From assembly GCA_007129525.1 (NCBI GenBank), contig SKVI01000396.1, positions 1-34,983 on the forward strand: a stretch of DNA of 34,983 nucleotides. The letters run 5' to 3'. Numbering within the stretch: position 1 is the stretch's first letter; the number at the start of each line of letters is the position of its first letter. Source of the stretch: Gemmatimonadota bacterium. Its GTDB lineage: Bacteria; Gemmatimonadota; Gemmatimonadetes; Longimicrobiales; Gaopeijiaceae. The position numbers and the translations under genes are program-made. This document shows, piece after piece, positions 24,263-32,400 of this stretch. The notes below the pieces were generated by a model. That model was not told the DNA's origin and ran no database searches. It worked only from the letters and a program-made list of their open reading frames with translations.

Positions 24263-25249
24263 GTGAGCGCTCTACCGGGGTTCCTGACGCGAAACTGGAC
24301 GCTGAAGCTCTCCGCGTTCGGCATCGCCCTCCTGCTCTGGGTGTCGGTCCGGGTGGAAGCGCCCACCCGCCAGACCGTCTCCGGCGTTCCGGTGAGGGTG
24401 GATCTGGCCGACCCCCAGTGGACGCTGGCCGAAGAGCCTTCGCCCACCACGGTGGTGGTCCGCTTCGCGGGTCCCTCGCGGGACATCCTCTCCATGGCGG
24501 TGGATCGCCCCAGCATCGTGGTACCCCTGGACGAGGTGAGCTCGGCGGACACCTCGGTGGTCCTGCGAAATCACTGGGTCCGGGTTCCGGACCGACCCAA
24601 CGTGGTGGTGGAAGACATCCAGCCTTCGTCGGTCCGTCTCCGCCTGGAGGCCATCCAGCGGGTGGATCTCCCGGTGGCCGTGCGCCTCGAGGGCCAGCTT
24701 CCCGAGGGATTGGCCATGGTGGATGCGCCGCGAGTCACCCCTTCGGCGGTTCGCCTCTCGGGACCTGAAGGAAGGATTTCGGAGCGAGATTCCCTGTGGT
24801 TGGAGCCGACGGACCTGGCCGCGATTGAGGGGCCCGGGGCTCTGGAGGTGGCGGTGGACACCACCGGTCTGCAGGGGCTTCAGGTCCAGCCCTCCAGGGT
24901 GCAGGTGGAGCTGGAGGTGGCCAACCGGGTCGAGCGTCTGCTGGACGAGGTGGGGGTGACTCTGGATCTGGACGACTGGGAGGAGGCGTATGCCATCCAA
25001 CCGGCGGGCGTTCCCGTGCTCCTGAGCGGTGCCAGAGTCCTCCTGGATCAGGTGTCGCCCGAGGATCTCCGACTGTTGGTGGCCGTGGACGAGGACGAGC
25101 TCCCGGATGAGCCCGGCGACGAGGTGGGGATTTCGGTCTCGGGGGCGCTCCTCGAGGGGCTCCCCGAGTACGTGGATGGGGAGATCGAGGTGGAGCAGAT
25201 CCGGATCATCCGGTTGGACGATCCTGCAGAAGAGACGGATGGCTCGTGA
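24263..25249 (+). CDS. YbbR/CdaR-like repeat protein (membrane-anchored)
   Basis: GTG 24263 gives an N-terminus FLTRNWTLKLSAFGIALLLWVSV, typical of CdaR/YbbR proteins. Repeated beta-rich modules follow (VPV.V.L.., V.P..V.L.GP). The assignment rests on pattern resemblance only. Confidence 0.72.
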   Translation: MSALPGFLTRNWTLKLSAFGIALLLWVSVRVEAPTRQTVSGVPVRVDLADPQWTLAEEPSPTTVVVRFAGPSRDILSMAVDRPSIVVPLDEVSSADTSVVLRNHWVRVPDRPNVVVEDIQPSSVRLRLEAIQRVDLPVAVRLEGQLPEGLAMVDAPRVTPSAVRLSGPEGRISERDSLWLEPTDLAAIEGPGALEVAVDTTGLQGLQVQPSRVQVELEVANRVERLLDEVGVTLDLDDWEEAYAIQPAGVPVLLSGARVLLDQVSPEDLRLLVAVDEDELPDEPGDEVGISVSGALLEGLPEYVDGEIEVEQIRIIRLDDPAEETDGS

Positions 25250-26286
25250 GAAGTTCCACCGTCCTGGGTCTCGAGACCTCCTGCGACGAGACCTCGGCAG
25301 CCATTCTCCGGCGGGACGAGATCCTGGGCCACGTAATTCTCTCGCAGGACGAACACCGCCTCTACGGCGGGGTGGTTCCCGAGTTGGCGGCGCGGGCACA
25401 CCTGGCGGTTATCGACGACGTGGTTCAGGAAGCGCTGGACGAGGCCGGCGTGGACCTCGGCGCGGTGGATGCCCTGGGGGTGACGGTGGGGCCGGGCCTC
25501 ATTGGAGCTCTCCTGGTGGGCGTGTGCTGGGCCCGGGCCGCCGCCTTCGCCCTGGACCGCCCAGTGGTCCCGGTGCACCACATGGAGGCGCACCTCTTCG
25601 CCCCTTCGCTGGAGAACCCCGAGGCCCGTCCTCCTTTTGTGGCTCTCCTGGTCTCCGGCGGCCACACTCTGCTGCTCCATGCCCGGGCGTGGGGCGACTA
25701 CCGGCTCCTGGGCCAGACCCGGGACGACGCCGCCGGTGAGGCGTACGACAAGGTGGCCAAGCTCCTGGGCCTCCCCTACCCCGGCGGTCCCCAGGTCGAG
25801 CGTCTGGCCCGGGAGGGAGATCCGGGTCGGCACCCCTTCCCGCGGCCCATGCTCCGAGGCGGACAGTCCCCTGACGAGCCCGACTACCTGGACGTGTCCT
25901 TCTCCGGGCTCAAGACGGCGGTGAGCACCCGCGTGGCGGAGGTGGCTCGCGAGGGGAACCTGGAGCGGGAGCGCGCCCACCTGGCCGCGGCGTTCCAGGA
26001 GGCGGTGGTGGACACCCTGGTGTCAAAGACCATGCGGGCGGTGGAGGTGACGGGGTGCGCGCGGGTTCTCCTGGGGGGTGGGGTTTCGGTGAATCGGGCC
26101 CTGCGCCAGGAGATGACTCGCCGGCTCGACGACCGGGGCGAGGTGTTCTGGGCGTCCCCGCGACTCTCGCTGGACAACGGGGCCATGGTGGCCCGGGCCG
26201 CCGCGTTCCGCCTGGAGCGAGGAGAGGTGGCGGATGCGGAGCTTTCGGCCCAGGCGGCCCTCCCCTTCCCGGGACTGGTGGAATGA
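25246..26286 (+). CDS. tsaD: tRNA N6-adenosine threonylcarbamoyltransferase TsaD
   Basis: Motifs LGLETSCDETSAAI, VPVHHMEAH, LLVSGGHT and GGVSVN are present. The GTG overlaps the upstream stop (GTGA at 25246-25249). Confidence 0.95.
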   Translation: MRSSTVLGLETSCDETSAAILRRDEILGHVILSQDEHRLYGGVVPELAARAHLAVIDDVVQEALDEAGVDLGAVDALGVTVGPGLIGALLVGVCWARAAAFALDRPVVPVHHMEAHLFAPSLENPEARPPFVALLVSGGHTLLLHARAWGDYRLLGQTRDDAAGEAYDKVAKLLGLPYPGGPQVERLAREGDPGRHPFPRPMLRGGQSPDEPDYLDVSFSGLKTAVSTRVAEVAREGNLERERAHLAAAFQEAVVDTLVSKTMRAVEVTGCARVLLGGGVSVNRALRQEMTRRLDDRGEVFWASPRLSLDNGAMVARAAAFRLERGEVADAELSAQAALPFPGLVE

Positions 26287-27176
26287 TCACCATCGTGCAC
26301 GGTTCGGACATCCACTTCGGCTCGCCTCATGACGCGGCGGCGGCGGAGACTTTCCTGGAGGCCACCCGGGCCACTGCCCCGGACCTGATCGTCATCTCCG
26401 GGGACCTGACCCAGCGGGCCAAGGTGTCCGAGTTCAAGGATGCCCGCGCCTATCTGGATCGGTTTCCCGACGTGCCCATGGTGGTGACCCCGGGCAATCA
26501 TGACGTGCCTCTGTACCGGATCTTTGAGCGTATCTTCAGCCCGTTCCGGAACTACCGCCAATACATCAGCTCCGAGCTGGACACCGTCACCCGGATCCCG
26601 GGGATGACCGTGGTATCGCTGAACTCTGCCGCGCCCCGAAGGGCCATCGTGAACGGCCGCATCGATCGGGACCAGGTGAAGTTTGCCGAGAAGGCCTTCG
26701 AGGACACCCCCCCGGGCGACGTCAGAGCCGTGGTGGCGCACCACCACCTGGCTCCGGCCCCGGACTACGAAGGCGACAACCCCCTCCCCGATGCCCGGCG
26801 GATCCTCGACGCCTTCGAGTCCATGGGTGTGGAGCTCATCATGGGAGGACACCTGCACCGGGCCTACATCGGAAATTCGCTTGACGTGTACCCCGGCGAG
26901 GATCGTGATCGAGGTATCGTGGTGGTGCAGAGCGGCACCACCACCTCCCGAAGGGGACGGGCCCGGGAGCGGGCCAAAACGACCTTCAACCTGATCCGAG
27001 TCCAGGACGAGGCCATCGAGGTCGTGCACCACATGCACTTCAGCGAGGCTGGTGGCTTTGCGCCCTTCTCGGGGCACGTGTACCCCAGGGGCCCCCGGCG
27101 CTTCTTCGAGCCGGGGTCCGAACTTCGGATGATGAGTCCCATGGAGAGCACCTCCGTGGGGAGTACGGACGAATGA
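26283..27176 (+). CDS. calcineurin-like metallophosphoesterase of unknown specificity
   Basis: 297 aa carrying the full metallophosphoesterase motif set: SDIHFG (DxH), SGDLT (GD), TPGNHDVP (GNHD), VAHHHL and GGHLHR (GH). The ATG overlaps the tsaD stop (ATGA at 26283-26286). Its own stop overlaps the tamA-like start (ATGA at 27173-27176). Confidence 0.85.
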   Translation: MITIVHGSDIHFGSPHDAAAAETFLEATRATAPDLIVISGDLTQRAKVSEFKDARAYLDRFPDVPMVVTPGNHDVPLYRIFERIFSPFRNYRQYISSELDTVTRIPGMTVVSLNSAAPRRAIVNGRIDRDQVKFAEKAFEDTPPGDVRAVVAHHHLAPAPDYEGDNPLPDARRILDAFESMGVELIMGGHLHRAYIGNSLDVYPGEDRDRGIVVVQSGTTTSRRGRARERAKTTFNLIRVQDEAIEVVHHMHFSEAGGFAPFSGHVYPRGPRRFFEPGSELRMMSPMESTSVGSTDE

Positions 27177-29428
27177 CGCAGGTGAAGGGTGCGGCGTTGG
27201 CCGCGGTGGTCCTCCTTCTGCTGGTGGTGCCCGTGGCGGTGGAGGGTCAGACCGCCACCCGCCCCGAGATCGTGTCGCTGGGCTTCGAGGGCAACGAGAG
27301 CTTTTCGGATCGGAGCCTGCGGAATGCCATCATCACCCGCCAGACCGATTGCAGGTCGTTCGTTCTGCAGCCCTTCTGCTGGGTGGGATCCGGGTTTGCC
27401 CTGGACCGGTCCTTCCTGAACCCCCGGAGCTTTCGGGACGACTATGCCCGGGTGCAGCTCTTCTACTACATCAGGGGATACCGCCAGGCCAGCGTCGATA
27501 CTGTCATGGACCGGACCGAGGAGAACCGGGTCCGGGTCACGTACCAGATCGACGAGGGGCGACCCATCCGGATTACCGAGCTGGTGGTGACGGGGGTGGA
27601 AGCCCCGGAGGCCCGGACAGGTCTGGACCAGGACCTGCCCATCGGGGTGGGTGACCCGCTTGACCTTACACGCCTGGACTTCGCCCGCGACACCATTACC
27701 CGAAGGATGCGGGATCGGGGGTATGCCCACACCGATGTCCTGCGAAACATCGACATCGACCTGGAGCGGCTGGAGGCCCAGGTCGAGTACGACGTGTACA
27801 CCGGTCCCCGGGCCCGTTTCGGCGAGATCCGGGTCGAGGGCAACGAGGAGGTCTCCGAGCGGGTCATCCGTCGCATGCTGCCCTTCGATGAGGGAAGCGT
27901 GTACAGCCGGGAACTGGTGTACGAGGCCCAGCGGTCCCTCTACAACCTGGAGATCTTCCGACACGCCGCGGTGGAGGAGGACCTGGAGCACGTGCCGGAC
28001 AGTATCGTGCCCCTCCGCGTCACGGTGAACGAGGGGAACGCTCACAGGGTGCGCACAGGGGCCGGCTGGAACTCGGCGGAGTGCTTCACCTCGGAAGCGC
28101 GGTGGTCGTCGCGGAACTTCCAGGGCGGGGCCCGTCGGCTGGTTCTTCGGAGCGCGGTGGCCAACGTGGGCGCGCACCAGCTGGAGGACTCCATCTGTTC
28201 GGGTGCCGGGACGGGGGTCTACGGAGACCTGAACTGGAGTCTCTCCACCGACTTCACCCAACCCTTCATCTTCTCGCCCCGCAACTCCCTCTCGGCCTCC
28301 CTGTTCGCCGAGCGTCAGTCGCTTCAGGACGTCTTCGTGCGGCAGGCGGTGGGGTTGAACCTGAGCCTGACCCGCCAGATCGGACGAGGTACGCCCCTCA
28401 GCGTCTCCTACCGGCCCCAGCTCGCCCGCCTGGAGGCGGCCGAGGTCTTCTTCTGCACCACCTTCCTGGTGTGCGATCCGGAGGAGATCGACGTTCTTCA
28501 GGACTTCAACCTCCTGTCGCCGGTGGGGATCGCCTTTTCCCGGGACCGCACGGACCGGGCTTTCTCGCCCACAGGGGGCTATACCGTCCTGGCCGACCTG
28601 GAGCACGCCTCCCGCTTCACCGGCTCCAACTTCGACTACGAGCGACTCGTGGTGGAGACGACGCGCTTCTTCGGCCTCACCGATGACGTGGTCCTGGCCG
28701 CCCGTCTCCGGGGCGGACGCCTCTGGCCCGGCGAGTTCCGTGGCCTGGGTGTCGGTCAAAACGACACGGAACGGCGGATTGCCCACCCCCAGAAGCGGTT
28801 CTTCGCAGGGGGCGCCAACTCGGTCCGGGGATACGCCCAGAATCAGCTCGGGCCCCAGGTGGTGTCGGTCGACCTGGAGGACCTCATCTTTCCGGTGGGC
28901 GATCGCCCCGACCCCGTGTGTGGTCCGGGCGAAGTGGCGGACCTGAGCTGTGACGCGGACCCTCTGGGTGAGGGCCGGTTCTTTTTCCGCCCTGCCGGTG
29001 GCGCGAATCTGATGGAGGGGAGCGCCGAGCTCCGTTTTCCGGTCTGGCAGCCCCATCTTCGGGGAGCCGCCTTCGTGGACTTCGGACAGGTCTGGGACAC
29101 CTCCACCGACACGTCGTTCGGCGACGTGGTGGTGACCCCGGGAATCGGGGTCCGGTACAGCACGCCCATCGGGCCGGTGCGGGTGGATCTGGCCTACCGG
29201 CCCCGCCGCACCGAGCAGGTGCCGGTGATCACCTCCGGACTCCGCGCCTTCGATCCCGAGCGGGACCGTCCCGACGACCGGATCGTGGATCCGGACGGAC
29301 AGGCCCTGGACTGGGTTCGGGAAGACGAGCGTCTCCTCCTGCTGGATCCCCGGCTGTCCCTGGTCGATGAGCCGGGGTTCTCACTCAGTCGCCTCCAGCT
29401 CCATTTTTCCATCGGGCAGGCCTTCTGA
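27173..29428 (+). CDS. tamA: Omp85-family outer membrane protein, TamA-like (BamA/TamA family)
   Basis: 751 aa with a signal peptide (AAVVLLLLVVPVAVEGQ) and POTRA-like segments (IVSLGFEGNESFSDRSLRNAI, FGEIRVEGNEEVSERVIRRMLPF). It also has the Omp85 barrel motif FFAGGANSVRGY and a C-terminal beta-signal ending in ...HFSIGQAF. It is called TamA-like because it sits directly upstream of a TamB-like gene. Confidence 0.83.
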   Translation: MTQVKGAALAAVVLLLLVVPVAVEGQTATRPEIVSLGFEGNESFSDRSLRNAIITRQTDCRSFVLQPFCWVGSGFALDRSFLNPRSFRDDYARVQLFYYIRGYRQASVDTVMDRTEENRVRVTYQIDEGRPIRITELVVTGVEAPEARTGLDQDLPIGVGDPLDLTRLDFARDTITRRMRDRGYAHTDVLRNIDIDLERLEAQVEYDVYTGPRARFGEIRVEGNEEVSERVIRRMLPFDEGSVYSRELVYEAQRSLYNLEIFRHAAVEEDLEHVPDSIVPLRVTVNEGNAHRVRTGAGWNSAECFTSEARWSSRNFQGGARRLVLRSAVANVGAHQLEDSICSGAGTGVYGDLNWSLSTDFTQPFIFSPRNSLSASLFAERQSLQDVFVRQAVGLNLSLTRQIGRGTPLSVSYRPQLARLEAAEVFFCTTFLVCDPEEIDVLQDFNLLSPVGIAFSRDRTDRAFSPTGGYTVLADLEHASRFTGSNFDYERLVVETTRFFGLTDDVVLAARLRGGRLWPGEFRGLGVGQNDTERRIAHPQKRFFAGGANSVRGYAQNQLGPQVVSVDLEDLIFPVGDRPDPVCGPGEVADLSCDADPLGEGRFFFRPAGGANLMEGSAELRFPVWQPHLRGAAFVDFGQVWDTSTDTSFGDVVVTPGIGVRYSTPIGPVRVDLAYRPRRTEQVPVITSGLRAFDPERDRPDDRIVDPDGQALDWVREDERLLLLDPRLSLVDEPGFSLSRLQLHFSIGQAF

Positions 29429-29430
29429 CC

Positions 29431-32400
29431 ATGGGACGGAGCGTACTGAGGTTCCTGGGGTGGGTCGTGGGGATGGTGGCCGTCCTGCTGTTGGTAGCGG
29501 CGGGACTGGTCTACACCCTTCTCCAGACCCAGACCGGGCACGACTTCGCTCTCCGGATGGTGCTGAACCAGGCGCCGACGTACGTCAACGGCGAAGCCCG
29601 CGTCGGTGGGCTCCGTTCCGACGGCCTCCTCCGGGGTTTCATGCTCCACGACATCTCCATCCGTGACACGCGCGGTCGACCGTTCCTGGAGGCCGACTCC
29701 GTACGGGTTCGGTACTCCATCACGGAGCTGGCGGCGGGGAACATTCAATTGGAGCCGGCGGAGCTCTGGGGTGCGCAGGTGGTCCTGGAGAGGCTGCACG
29801 GCGACGACGACCTCAACGTGATCCGGATCTTCGCGCCCGCCGAGCCACCGGAGGTGGAGCCCGAGCCACGCGACGTTATCCTGGCCTTCCGGAACCTGGT
29901 CTTCCATGACAGCGAGCTGCTCATCCGGATGCCGTTGGAGGGCGACGAGCCGCCGGCCCGGGCGGTGGTGGAAACGGTGCCGGGGGTGGACGGCCTCCAC
30001 CAGCTCCTCCACTTCACCGACATCCAGGCCCGTCTGGCTCGAGCCGAGATCCTGCACCCGGAGCGGGAGGGTGAGCGTTTCGAGGTGGAGTCTCTGAGCC
30101 TCACGGGCCAGATCTTCGAAGAGGCGTTCGAGGTGGCCGATCTCAGGGGGGAGGTGGTCAGGGTGGGATCTCGCCTGGAGATGGAGCTGGAGCGTCTCTG
30201 GCTGCCCGAGACCGAGCTGGCCGGTCGGATGGTGCTGGACTGGGGCGACGAGGACGCGGGCCTGGACCTGGACGTGAACGTGGACGCGCCGATCCTGCAG
30301 CTGGCTGACCTGCAGTGGCTCGAGCCCCGCCTTCCCAGGGGGGAGGGTCGCCTGAGCGTGAGCGTTCAGGGCCCCCTGGACACGTCCCGATGGCGCTTCA
30401 CCAACACCGACCTGCAGGTGGGGGAATCGAGGGTTCGGGGCACGGTGGGATTCGACCTGGGCCCGGAGTTCAGCTTCGTGGCCACCGAGGTGGAGGCGCT
30501 TCCCCTGCACCTGGACCGCCTGGAGCCCTGGCTCGAGGAGCCCCTTCCGGTGGCGGGGCGGGTGGAGGGCCAAGCCCGCCTGGTCGGCCCCTTCCGCGAT
30601 CTCCAGCTCTCGGGCCGCGTGATCTACGATAACCCGGAGGCGGGTATTCCGCCCTCCACCGCGGAGTTGGCCGGGGTCCTGGGGCTGGGGGACGAGGTGA
30701 CGCTCCGGGACATGCAGGTCACCCTGGATCCGCTGGACTACGAGACGCTGCGAGCCTTCGCTCCGGAGCTGGAGCTTCAAGGGGTGGGCCGGGTCGAGGC
30801 GGAGCTGTCCGGCGCCCTTTCCGGTGGGATGGCCCTTACGGCGACCCTGGTTCACATGCCGGTGGAAGGAGGTGCGCGCTCCCAGGTGACGGCCTCGGGC
30901 ACCGTCCGGGAGGTGGACGGTGTCCTGGCCCTCGACCTGGACGGCTACCTGGAGCCCCTCTCCTTCGATGGGGTTGCGGCAGGCTTTCGTCAGGAGCTTC
31001 CCGTCTCCGGAGAAGTGAGCGGCCCCGTGCGCGTGAACGGGCTCCTGGAGGAGCTGTTCATCGGGACCACCCTGACGACGCCGGCGGGCCAGCTCCAGGT
31101 GGCAGGCTACTTCGACATGCTGGAGCCGGGACGCCGGTATCGGGCCTCGGGCGAGGTGCAGGAATTCAACCTGCACCGTGTCTTTCCGGAGATCCCGGAG
31201 CCCACCGTGCTCACCGGCACTTTCGAGGTGGACGGAGGGGGCATCACCCTGGAAACCGTAGACGGCCTTGCACGCCTGGAGCTGTCCGAGATCGACGTGG
31301 CCGGAGCCCGGGTGGACCGACTGGTGGCGGCGCTCCAGGCCCGGGAAGGCCGGCTCCTGGTAGACAGCCTGGCCCTTCGCTCTCCCCTGGGCCGCCTGGA
31401 CGGCCGGGGAGACCTGGGGCTGCGGGAAGGCAGCGCCGACGGGACGGTCTCGGTGGACTGGGAGACGGAGTCGCTGGCCAACCTTCGGCCGGTGCTCTTC
31501 GGCGACACCCTCATCCGGGCCGACACCCTCTCCGACATCGAACGGATGAACCTGCAGATGCAGGGGATCGATCCCGACACCCTGCCCGACGCCCAGGCGG
31601 CGGTCATCGAGGGACGGGCCCACGGAGAGCTGAACTTGCGTGGCACGTTCCGGGACCTGGAGGGGGACGGGTTCGTGGAGCTGGCCCAGGCCCTCTACGG
31701 CGACCTGGGGTTGGATCGGGGACGGGCCGACTTCACCGGGCACTTCCGGGACCGGGGCGACTGGGGTGTGGAGGCCCGCGTGACCGGTGAGAGCTTCAAC
31801 TTCGGCGAATATGAGCTGGAGACGGGTTGGGCCGAGGTGGCGTACCAGCCGGCCCGAGGTACCTTCGAGGCGGGTCTCCGGCGTCACGAGACGCAGAGCT
31901 ACGAGGTAATGGGCGCCTTCGCCACGGACACGGCGGCAGTGGACATCGAGCTCGCGGAACTGGCCCTGGAGCTTGACGATGTGGTCTGGACGCTGGATCG
32001 ACCGTCGCAGCTCCGGTGGGAGGATCGGGCGGTGGAGATGACGCTCCTGCGCCTCAGCCGCCCGGTGGTGGAGGGAGATCGGGAGGGGCTCGCCGAGGTG
32101 TACATGGAGGCCGAGGGTCTTCTGGCCCTGGACGGAGAGTCCCAGTTCCGCATCGAAGCCGGAGGTGCTGACATCCATCGCCTGGCCTCCATCCTGCAAA
32201 TGGACGACGCCCCCCGGGGATCGCTGGACCTGGACGTGTCCATCCACGGGCCGTCCGACGCGCCGGTGATGAACGGGCTCTTCGTCCTGACGGACTTCCG
32301 CACCGGCGAGACGGTCCTCTCCCGGGTGGAGGGAACCTTTGACTACTCCGACCAGTCGGCGTACACCGAGCTGGTGGCTGACATGGACGGCCGCCGGCTC

